The position numbers were made by a program, and so were the translations under genes. 56,342 bases of DNA from Candidatus Zambryskiibacteriota bacterium. Its GTDB lineage: Bacteria; Patescibacteriota; Minisyncoccia; Phycocordibacterales; DATDWN01. The stretch's first letter is position 1, and every line of letters starts with the position of its first letter. Below the pieces are notes generated by a model that had not been told where the DNA came from, made no database searches, and saw only the letters and a list, made by a program, of their open reading frames with translations. The stretch is taken from positions 1 to 56,342 of the forward strand of contig JAHFOB010000004.1 of NCBI GenBank assembly GCA_023267045.1, written 5' to 3'. Below are positions 1 through 7,660 of this stretch, one piece after another.

Positions 1-1637
1 CCATTTTGGAAAAAAGCGATTGCTGTAACATCTTTGCCGTCATTTTTTCTAAATTTCAACTCTAAATGATTCTTTTCTTTGCCAAAAAGTTTTATGGCAT
101 CGATTTTTATATTTTCAAGGAGAAATAGTGGTTTGGGGTTACCAAGTCCAAACGGCGCAAACTTTTCTATCTGGCTGTATGTATTCCAATTTACATCTTC
201 GAGGGAAAGTTTTTTGTCTACCAAAATGTCAAAGGGCACCTTTGACATTTTAGATAACTCCAGAAAAGCTTCATTTAATCTGTCTTCAAGGGTGTGAATA
301 TTTTCCTGGGAAACTGAAAATCCTCCAGCCCCTTTGTGCCCACCGTATTCAACGAAAACATCCCCAGAAATATTATTGGCTTTTTCCATAAGGGCAACAA
401 CGTCCGTATCTCCTCCGGCCCGACAGGAACCTTTTATCACAGAACTTCCGTTACTACCTTCCCTGCCCCAGAAAAAAACTGGCCTTTGGTGTTCATCGCT
501 AAAACTATTTGCAACTAAACCCAAAAGGCTCGGTTTCCATTCTGGATTTCCGAAAACTAGTACGTGCCTCATCCCTTCATCTCTGTCTTTAATTTTCTTT
601 TTTATTTCTTTGACATAACTTGCCACAACTCCTTTGCGCTCATCATTTTTGTTATTCAAATGCTGTGCCAAAACTCCGGCTTCTACTTCATCAACCGTCG
701 ACATCAAAGTAAATGCATCTTTTGGAATACCCATGCGCGATGCAGCGTTAATACGCGGTGTGATCATAAAACTAATATCATCTTCTGTTGCCGTCGACTT
801 GTTTATATTTAGAAGTGAAAACAATTTAAGCAGTCCCACTCGTGGACTTTTTTGGAGGACTTTCATTCCATAATATGACAGGACACGATTTTCGCCTAAA
901 AGTGGAACCATGTCGGAAAGTGTTGCTAAACCAACCATGTCTAGTAACCATTTTTCCCAACCTAAAGGAGGAATGACCAAACCCCAATGACCAATGTCCA
1001 ATTCAGAACGAATTTTTAAAATAAGAGCTTGAATAACTTTGAAAATAACTCCTGAGCCACAGAGCATTTTTTCTGGATACTCATCGCCTTTTTGTTTTGG
1101 ATTTATAATGGCAAATGCTTTGGGTAATTTCTTTCCTGGGATGTGATGGTCGGTAATTATTACGTCAATTTTATTTTTATTTGCAAAAGCAACTTCTTCT
1201 ACATCTGTAATACCACAATCAATAGTGATAATCAGTTTCACACCTTGGTCAACCAAACTTTGTATCGCATCGACATTGAGACCAAAACCTTCTTCGTTTC
1301 GCAGTGGAATATAATTTACAAAATTTTTATACCCAATTTTCTGAAAAAAATCATGCAGTGCCACCGCCCCAGGAATTCCATCGGCATCATAGTCACTAAA
1401 AATTCCAATCTTCTCATCTTTCTGTATTGCTCTCACGATTCTCTTAACCACCTTGTCCATATCTTTCAGTAAAAAAGGGTCATGCAATTTTTCATATTCT
1501 GGATTTAAGAAAAGATTTGCTAACTCAAGGTCTTTTATCCCACGAGAATATAATAGAGATCGAACCAGAGGATCATAGACTTTCAAAGCTTCGCCTACAT
1601 CGACCGGAATAGGATTTCGGAGTGCATATTTTTTCAT
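1..1637 (-). CDS. recJ: Single-stranded-DNA-specific exonuclease RecJ, N-terminal ~545 codons; the ORF continues past the left window edge
   Basis: Absent from the ORF track because it is open at the window edge. Own translation from the ATG (rc of 1635-1637) gives MKKYALRNPIPVDVGEALKVYDPLV... The DHH-family motifs FSDYDADGIPG, TIDCGIT, ITDHHIPG and GGHKGAGGFS occur in the expected order. Confidence 0.85.
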   Translation of the reverse strand, partial: MKKYALRNPIPVDVGEALKVYDPLVRSLLYSRGIKDLELANLFLNPEYEKLHDPFLLKDMDKVVKRIVRAIQKDEKIGIFSDYDADGIPGAVALHDFFQKIGYKNFVNYIPLRNEEGFGLNVDAIQSLVDQGVKLIITIDCGITDVEEVAFANKNKIDVIITDHHIPGKKLPKAFAIINPKQKGDEYPEKMLCGSGVIFKVIQALILKIRSELDIGHWGLVIPPLGWEKWLLDMVGLATLSDMVPLLGENRVLSYYGMKVLQKSPRVGLLKLFSLLNINKSTATEDDISFMITPRINAASRMGIPKDAFTLMSTVDEVEAGVLAQHLNNKNDERKGVVASYVKEIKKKIKDRDEGMRHVLVFGNPEWKPSLLGLVANSFSDEHQRPVFFWGREGSNGSSVIKGSCRAGGDTDVVALMEKANNISGDVFVEYGGHKGAGGFSVSQENIHTLEDRLNEAFLELSKMSKVPFDILVDKKLSLEDVNWNTYSQIEKFAPFGLGNPKPLFLLENIKIDAIKLFGKEKNHLELKFRKNDGKDVTAIAFFQN

Positions 1638-1697
1638 TAAAATAGTGTAACACGAATGATACTTTATACATTATACTTTATACGTTATACTGCCATT

Positions 1698-2084
1698 ATG
1701 GAGAACTGTATTTTTTGCAAAATAGTTAAAGGAGAAATCCCATCTTACAAAGTTTATGAAGATGAAAACTTTATGGCGTTTCTCGATATAAATCCAGAGT
1801 CTCCCGGTCATGTTCAAGTTATTCCCAAAAAACACTACCGCTACGTCTGGGACGTGCCAAATGCTGGAGAACTTTTTGAAGTCACAAAAAAGATAGCAAA
1901 AGCCCAACAGAAAGCATTTAATACGGATTGGATACTTTCAAAAATAATCGGTGACGAAGTCCCTCACGCTCACATCTGGGTTTACCCAGGAATCAAAGAC
2001 GGTGACACTGCTTCGCTAAAGCTACGCAGTGCCAGCAAAAAAGATTTTGAATGTAATGCTCAAAAAATAAGAAATAATTTGTAA
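1698..2084 (+). CDS. HIT-family (histidine triad) protein
   Basis: Track ORF 1656-2084; the likely start is ATG 1698 (MENCIFCKIVKGEIPSYKVYEDENFMAFLDINP...). A C-terminal histidine motif PHAHIWVYP is present. Confidence 0.8.
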   Translation: MENCIFCKIVKGEIPSYKVYEDENFMAFLDINPESPGHVQVIPKKHYRYVWDVPNAGELFEVTKKIAKAQQKAFNTDWILSKIIGDEVPHAHIWVYPGIKDGDTASLKLRSASKKDFECNAQKIRNNL

Positions 2085-2087
2085 AAT

Positions 2088-2255
2088 AAAACCCCCCCCC
2101 TCACAAGTTTTTGAAGACCGTCCACTCCGCCAGCGCTACGTTCACTTAATTCTCGACCCAAATCCGTCAAGAGCCCCTCGACAAGCTCGGGGTCATTGAC
2201 GGAACCGGCTTTGGGTCTGCGAGGTCTCCAAAAACTTGCGACTCAACGGGATTTT
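2088..2255. repeat. Long imperfect hairpin element, family 1a, copy A (AAAA...C9...GGGATTTT)
   Basis: It exactly fills the gap between the HIT stop (2082-2084) and the pgk stop (2254-2256). Its reverse complement matches 21384-21553, with the first 64 nt identical. Arm pairs include caagtttttgaagacc/ggtctccaaaaacttg and ccaaatccgtcaa/ttgacgg..tttgg. Confidence 0.85.
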
Positions 2256-3399
2256 ATTTTTCTAACGCCTGTATACCTGGCAATGTTTCATTGACAAGAT
2301 AATCCATCATCGCGCCACCACCGGTAGAAATAAAGCTGAATTTGTGATTAAGGTTTAGTTTATTTATTGAAGCGATTGTGTCTCCCCCGCCGACAATACT
2401 TTCTGCGCCGTTTTTTGTAGTTTGTTCTGCAATGATTTCAGCAAGCTGTTCAGTCTTGTCCTGAAAACCAATTTCGTAGTTTCCAAGTGGTCCATTCCAA
2501 ACAATTGTTTTTGCATCTTTCAAAATATCTTTTAGTTCATCGATGGTTTTAGGACCAGCATCTGCTATGTAGTCATCTTTTGAAACTTCGTCTAATGTTT
2601 TAAATTCTGTCTTACCATTTTCTTTTTTGACTGTTACATCAACAAAAGTTTTGAGCTTTGGATTTTCTAATATATCTTTTGAAATCTCCCCTTCTGAAAT
2701 AAGTGATACTCCAACTTCAAAACCTCGAGCTTTGAAAATATCGTTGGCCAAAGCACCAGCAACAAACACGACATCTGCCTTATCCAAATATTTTTTGATA
2801 AGTGGAAGTTTGGTTTGAAATTTCGATCCACCCAAAATAAAAACGAAAGGGTGAACTGGTTTGAATGCTCTGGAAAGATGTTCTATCTCCTGTCGCAAAA
2901 GTAAGCCACCATAATGCGGAATAAATTCTGGCACCCCGACAATCGAGGCGTGTTTTCTGTGCGAGACACTGAAAGCATCGTTTACATATATATCAGCCAT
3001 ACCAGATAGCTGTTTTGCAAAGACCGGATCATTTTCTTTTTCTCCAGGATTTATACGAAGATTTTCAAAAAGCAAAACCCCTTTATTCTGAAGTTTTAAA
3101 ACTTTTTCTACTGCCTCTGACGTAAAGTATGTTGAACAAAAATCTAACGGAAAATATCCCTTGAGATAATCGAAAACGGGAAGAAGTGTGGTTGTCTCCC
3201 CATTATTATCTTCAATATGAGCAACGATAATAGTTTGCGCTCCCTTGTGACGCAAAAAATCAACCGTCTCGACTATTCTCTCTAGTCTGTATGTATCACC
3301 TACTTCCCCGTCTACAATAGGAACATTCAAATCAAGACGAAGCAGAACTCGTTTACCTTCCAAATCTTGTTTATCTAATTCGTCTAAGTAGTGAACCAT
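2254..3399 (-). CDS. pgk: Phosphoglycerate kinase
   Basis: 381-aa ORF with typical PGK blocks: RLDLNVP, AHIEDNNGE.., FLLENLRINPGEKEND-like, STGGGAMMDYL. Confidence 0.95.
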   Translation of the reverse strand: MVHYLDELDKQDLEGKRVLLRLDLNVPIVDGEVGDTYRLERIVETVDFLRHKGAQTIIVAHIEDNNGETTTLLPVFDYLKGYFPLDFCSTYFTSEAVEKVLKLQNKGVLLFENLRINPGEKENDPVFAKQLSGMADIYVNDAFSVSHRKHASIVGVPEFIPHYGGLLLRQEIEHLSRAFKPVHPFVFILGGSKFQTKLPLIKKYLDKADVVFVAGALANDIFKARGFEVGVSLISEGEISKDILENPKLKTFVDVTVKKENGKTEFKTLDEVSKDDYIADAGPKTIDELKDILKDAKTIVWNGPLGNYEIGFQDKTEQLAEIIAEQTTKNGAESIVGGGDTIASINKLNLNHKFSFISTGGGAMMDYLVNETLPGIQALEK

Positions 3400-3405
3400 A
3401 CTTTT

Positions 3406-3434
3406 ATTGTAAGTGATTTGACATTGATAATCAA
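3406..3434 (-). promoter_or_regulatory. Putative promoter TTGATT-17 nt-TACAAT ending 6 nt before the pgk ATG (possible leaderless mRNA)
   Basis: The minus strand reads ttgattatcaatgtcaaatcacttacaataaaagtATG. No Shine-Dalgarno sequence lies between the -10 box and the ATG. Confidence 0.4.
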
Positions 3435-3460
3435 TTTGCTATCATGTTTGTATCACCACG

Positions 3461-3500
3461 AAAAGTCCCCTTGTAGGCTCGTCCTACAAGGGTCCTTTTT
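3461..3500 (-). terminator. Hairpin terminator downstream of the NYN gene
   Basis: cccttgtagg(3468-3477)/cctacaaggg(3483-3492) form a 10-bp stem, flanked by an A-run and a T-run. Confidence 0.6.
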
Positions 3501-3975
3501 ATTTTAAACCTATCTTAAGCTTCAAATCATTCATAAAGGCAATATTTTTCTTTGCAAATTTCTTAAGAAGTGCCGAATATTTATTTCTATTTGGAACTAA
3601 TACTGTTTGAAGTTTATGTTGCTCAAACAAATACTGTACTAAACAATAAAAATCACCGTCGCCAGTTACTATTATAGCTTTATCAAAATTTTGGAATTGT
3701 ATCATTGTATGCAAAACCATTTCTGCATCAACATTTCCTTTAACAGTTCCATCTTTGTAGGTCAATACAGGTTTAAATATACAAATGAATCCTGCTTTTT
3801 GTAATTTTATATAGACTCCATTATTTCCTTCAATATATCCTATAAAAAGGTAGGCTGTACTAACTCCATAATGTTCTTTCAAATAAACTCTAAATCTCTC
3901 CCAATCAACACCCCAACCTTGAGATTTTATTGATAAATAAACATTTTGGCTATCTATAAAAGCAAAATTATTCAT
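3499..3975 (-). CDS. NYN-domain (LabA-like) protein, paralog 1
   Basis: 158 aa with N-terminal FIDSQNVY and the TGDGDF motif (IIVTGDGDFYCLV). The start codon is 2 nt after the tpiA stop. Confidence 0.8.
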   Translation of the reverse strand: MNNFAFIDSQNVYLSIKSQGWGVDWERFRVYLKEHYGVSTAYLFIGYIEGNNGVYIKLQKAGFICIFKPVLTYKDGTVKGNVDAEMVLHTMIQFQNFDKAIIVTGDGDFYCLVQYLFEQHKLQTVLVPNRNKYSALLKKFAKKNIAFMNDLKLKIGLK

Positions 3976-3977
3976 TT

Positions 3978-4736
3978 TTATATTGCGTCAATAGTTTTTA
4001 TTATTTCTACAAAATCTTTACTGTATAAACTCTGTCGTCCGATGAGGAGCCCCGAAACATTGCCATCACGAACCAGCATGTCAGCGTTTACTCTATCAAC
4101 CGATCCACCGTACAAAACTCTGACGCCATCAGCCATGATTCCATACAAATCTTTCAAAATTTTTTTTATGTAAATAGACATCTCATACAAATCTCTCGGG
4201 CTCATAGCTTCTTTGGCACCAATAGTCCAGATCGGTTCATATGCAATGACTACTCGATCTATTGATTTTTTGTTTACATCTTTCAAAGCAGAAACTAGTT
4301 GGTGTCGTATAAAATGAAAATAATCACCGTTTCCATCTCTCTGACTTTCACCAACACAGATGATCGCATTCATACCACCAGAAACCACTGCTTTAACTTT
4401 TTTATTAACCATTTCATCTGTCTCACCCATTTTCCGCCTTTCTGAATGTCCAACAATGACGTAACTCACACCAAACTGGTAGAGCTGACTCCAACTAACC
4501 TCGCCCGTAAAAGACCCGAGAGTTTCAGCGTTTGCATTCTGGGCACCAAGAAAAATAGAATTACCAGGAATATGTGAAAGTGCAGACAAATAAACAAAAG
4601 GCGGACAAAGAACAACATTAGTTCTTTGAATTCCACGAATTGATCTTTTTATGCCCGTTGCTAGTTTCTTTGCCTCCTCAAGTGAAACCGGATTCATCTT
4701 CCAATTTCCGACAATAAGTTTTTTCTGTTTTTTCAT
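3978..4736 (-). CDS. tpiA: Triosephosphate isomerase
   Basis: Motifs GNWKMN, VGHSERR and YEPIWTIG. The track start (4778, GTG) lies inside an upstream terminator hairpin, so ATG 4736 (MKKQKKLIVGNWKMN) is preferred. Confidence 0.9.
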   Translation of the reverse strand: MKKQKKLIVGNWKMNPVSLEEAKKLATGIKRSIRGIQRTNVVLCPPFVYLSALSHIPGNSIFLGAQNANAETLGSFTGEVSWSQLYQFGVSYVIVGHSERRKMGETDEMVNKKVKAVVSGGMNAIICVGESQRDGNGDYFHFIRHQLVSALKDVNKKSIDRVVIAYEPIWTIGAKEAMSPRDLYEMSIYIKKILKDLYGIMADGVRVLYGGSVDRVNADMLVRDGNVSGLLIGRQSLYSKDFVEIIKTIDAI

Positions 4737-4763
4737 CTCCTTATTGTATCCGGTTTTGTGTAT

Positions 4764-4970
4764 AAAAAAAAGCTGCACCGAGTTGATGCAGCTTTGCCAG
4801 TCCCTAGGGACCGGCCGAGCGAGCTTGCAAAGCTCTGCGTCCCATGCAACCCCCCCTGTAAGAAAGGGACGGTATAAGGAGAGCGGTTTCCAGTGATCGC
4901 GCTGGCGCTAACTCAAGGTCGCGTCGAGCGGCGTCTTTTTCCTGGCACCATTTCCCTCCCCCGTCTAGTT
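4764..4970 (-). ncRNA. Candidate GC-rich structured sRNA (R1), family unknown
   Basis: A minus-strand TTGACA (4998-5003) is followed by a weak -10 box (GATAGT/ATAGTC) about 16-17 nt downstream. About 190 nt of visibly GC-rich sequence has no ORF. It ends in the hairpin gctgca-N9-tgcagc (4772-4792) plus a T8 run. Confidence 0.35.
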
Positions 4971-5214
4971 ACTAGACTATCATACTCTATATTAATCTGT
5001 CAAGCTCTTTTATCAAAATCATCAAAAAACCTTACAGGTTCTGTACACCTTTCGCTTTCTGATTACAGAACGCTCAAGGTCTTGCATTTGGGTCCCTTAT
5101 CCCAAATTCACCTCAAAATAAGGGTTTTTTGAATCCGTATTGGGATGGCGTAAGCCATACCTGGCTCAGAGGATTTTTGGCGAAGGTCGCGTATAAAATT
5201 TGGAAATGTAAAAT

Positions 5215-5239
5215 CCCCTTGAAGACCGTCTTCAAGGGG
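5215..5239. terminator. Palindromic hairpin CCCCTTGAAGACCGTCTTCAAGGGG (repeat; second copy at 10847-10871)
   Basis: A perfect 11-bp stem flanked by aaat/attt. The 25-mer is identical at 10847-10871. Confidence 0.7.
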
Positions 5240-5429
5240 ATTTCCACGGTTGTAGAACGAATTAAATTGCCTCAGATGCTAGGCGCGGAAAAGTTTGCGA
5301 GCGAGCCTAGAACTGCTGAAACTGGATGCAGTTCTAGGCGGAAAGGTGAATGGGCGAGGAGCCGTACAACTCGTACGGTGACGAGAACATTTGCCTTTCC
5401 AACAACGAAATGCGCCAGTTTCAGCAGTT

Positions 5430-6896
5430 CTATTGTGTTTCGTCCCAGGAGACGATAGAGTACTGGTCAGAAGTCAACGGAAAACTCGGTGGCGGAGCAT
5501 AAAGCAAATTGGCATCGTAATTTATAATTCTAGTCTGATAACCACTATTATCTGAATAACCGAAACCGTAACGCTGATTTGAAACTATTATGCCAAAAAG
5601 AGTAATCGTCTGTCTTTGGTGATAAGGATTACACTGTGGTTCATAATAAAGTCGCCCGACACGACCATTTTGAGCAATCAGAGCAGCATCTATAGTTATA
5701 TCATTAAGTGAATCCATGCCAACATTAAAATTATTTTGAGCAATAAGACCAATAACATCCTGACCATCAAAATATGTATATTTAAGATTACTATTTACCG
5801 TAATGGAAGTTCTTGTCGATGGATTGTCCGGGAAACGACCAGAAGCAATAGTTACGCGAGCTGTAGATATTTGACCATCCACCCACACATTATCTTCGAC
5901 AAAAATCAAACCATTTGCTGGCAAAGGAAAATTCCCTTGCGATGTTTCATTTTTTATACTCCATGATCCCCAACCGTCTTGGTTCAAATCATTTGTACAA
6001 TTTTTTGGCACAGCTTCTAGTTGAGTGACTTTATACAAATCATATGTGTCGTTTGTTTTTAGAACAATATGATAGCCTTGAGCAGATGATGCCGAAAGAT
6101 ATTTTCCTCCGGACTGTGCATCACTTTTTATTTGAGATAAGTTTGAAGTAAAACCGGTAAAATCAACAGCTGGAACAGGAAACTGTCTGCCTGCTTGAAA
6201 AACATCATTTCTGTTAGGCACTGGATTCGGTGGAGCTTCGGCTATTCTGAAACTATCATCGGTTATACCACTGTTTGGCGGAGGAGGTCTGACATGCGTA
6301 TGAACACCAAACTCTTCATTGCCAGAATGATCGGGATCATCATACTTGTCTTTTGCACTGGTAACTACATTGTGAGCAATACCGTCAAAACGCACACCGC
6401 CGTTGGCATGTATTGGACCGAAAATTTCTGTTCCCTCTCCGAAACGCATAGCATCGTTTGCCACGACAGCAAATCTAGCCAGTGATGGAATAGCTAGTTG
6501 AGCGGAAATGACTCTTTTGACACTAGAGTCTGACAAAACTTTTCCTGTTGATTTAATTTTAACTAATGTCGAACCGGTCGGAGGAGGAGTGATCTCAAGA
6601 GTAAAAGTGCCAAGCATTGTCCCGTCTTTGTCATAAAAAGAGTGAACAAAAGGACCAGTCGATGTTCCTGTTCCATCTCTATAATCCGTGTGATCGTGAG
6701 CCAAATGCCACCTATAGTAGTCAATGCCCGCCTCGGAGATTTGTAGGGCTTGCTCACGATAAACTCCAATGCGTGAAGCTTTTATATTAGTTCCAGCCCA
6801 AGAAATAAGGGCACCTATTATAACAATAGAAATAACTGCGAAAACAAGGGTTTGTATTAACATACTGCCAGAATTTTTTCCAAATTTTTTGATCAT
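5430..6896 (-). CDS. Pilus-associated membrane-anchored protein (PilX-N-like N-terminus), function unassigned
   Basis: 488 aa with an N-terminal hydrophobic helix (SMLIQTLVFAVISIVIIGALISW). It is the last gene of the pilin-like gene run. Confidence 0.5.
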   Translation of the reverse strand: MIKKFGKNSGSMLIQTLVFAVISIVIIGALISWAGTNIKASRIGVYREQALQISEAGIDYYRWHLAHDHTDYRDGTGTSTGPFVHSFYDKDGTMLGTFTLEITPPPTGSTLVKIKSTGKVLSDSSVKRVISAQLAIPSLARFAVVANDAMRFGEGTEIFGPIHANGGVRFDGIAHNVVTSAKDKYDDPDHSGNEEFGVHTHVRPPPPNSGITDDSFRIAEAPPNPVPNRNDVFQAGRQFPVPAVDFTGFTSNLSQIKSDAQSGGKYLSASSAQGYHIVLKTNDTYDLYKVTQLEAVPKNCTNDLNQDGWGSWSIKNETSQGNFPLPANGLIFVEDNVWVDGQISTARVTIASGRFPDNPSTRTSITVNSNLKYTYFDGQDVIGLIAQNNFNVGMDSLNDITIDAALIAQNGRVGRLYYEPQCNPYHQRQTITLFGIIVSNQRYGFGYSDNSGYQTRIINYDANLLYAPPPSFPLTSDQYSIVSWDETQ

Positions 6897-6902
6897 ATAC
6901 TT

Positions 6903-7526
6903 TTAGAGATTGCCTTTTAAATTTCTTATACTTACTTGAGATGTAACTATAATCGGAGCTGGAGATTTATTTGGGTCTTTATCAATTATAACTGTGATTT
7001 TAACTAAACGCACTGTAGAAATATCGATAGGGTCAGAAAGTGGAGCTCCTGTACCAGAATAAGTTTCTGGAAAATACTGAAAAAGAGGTTGGGTTGAACT
7101 AGAAACAAAAGAGTTTATGACTGTGGTCAATTTTTCATTAGCGTCATTATATGTAAGAGGACTTCCGCTAGGAGCTACTACACCTTGTTTTACAGTACTA
7201 CCACTGACAAAATATCTGATTTTGTCTTTTGTCCCATTGTTGTCTATGTCACTGTAAAAAGTAATGCTTGTCGAACTTGCTATAGCAATCGGATATGCTC
7301 CTAGGGCTGATTGAGTCGCCTCTCTAATTTCAGTAACCATTAGTTTGACAACATGACGAGCGTCAATTTGGGCGTTGAGACTTCCCTGTAAAGAAAAACC
7401 TAAAGAAAAAATATCTTTTTGAAAGGTGCTGATGGTTACGGTCAAAAGAGCCAGTATAGAAACACTTATCAGAAGCTCAACTAGAGTGAAACCAGAATTT
7501 AATTTTTTAGAAAAATTATTTTTCAT
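6903..7526 (-). CDS. Prepilin-type N-terminal cleavage/methylation domain protein (minor pilin-like)
   Basis: MKNNFSKKLNSGFTLVELLISVSILALL carries the class III signal G/FTLVE. The track start at 7592 lies inside a hairpin repeat, so ATG 7526 is preferred. Confidence 0.75.
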   Translation of the reverse strand: MKNNFSKKLNSGFTLVELLISVSILALLTVTISTFQKDIFSLGFSLQGSLNAQIDARHVVKLMVTEIREATQSALGAYPIAIASSTSITFYSDIDNNGTKDKIRYFVSGSTVKQGVVAPSGSPLTYNDANEKLTTVINSFVSSSTQPLFQYFPETYSGTGAPLSDPIDISTVRLVKITVIIDKDPNKSPAPIIVTSQVSIRNLKGNL

Positions 7527-7642
7527 CCCGTTAGAAACAGATCGCAATCTGAAAGTTTTTTGATTATTATTTTTTAAAGATACTTTTAACATTTCCTATT
7601 CATTATACTAAAATTCAGAGTGATTGCGGTTTCTAACGGGAT
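7525..7642. repeat. Hairpin with ATCCCGTTAGAAAC...GTTTCTAACGGGAT arms that embeds the start codon of the pilin-like gene
   Basis: The left arm is 7525-7555 and the right arm is 7611-7642. The same arm motif occurs at 43572-43680. Confidence 0.7.
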
Positions 7643-7660
7643 TCATTTTATCTTTTTATT

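Noticed and set aside
79-1472. Six plus-strand ORFs of 60-109 aa in the ORF track
   Set aside because: They are antisense to an uninterrupted minus-strand RecJ reading frame with clear DHH motifs. Their products are low-complexity with no motifs.
4764-4970. Assigning R1, R2, R3 or the 34.1-34.5-kb spacer to SRP RNA, tmRNA, RNase P RNA or 6S RNA
   Set aside because: I found no GGAAGCAGC-type SRP helix-8 motif, no tRNA-like T-arm or CCA end, and no GAGGAAAGUCC / ACAGAA..GGCUUA RNase P blocks. 6S has no sequence signature I can verify by eye. The units are left as unknown-family candidates.
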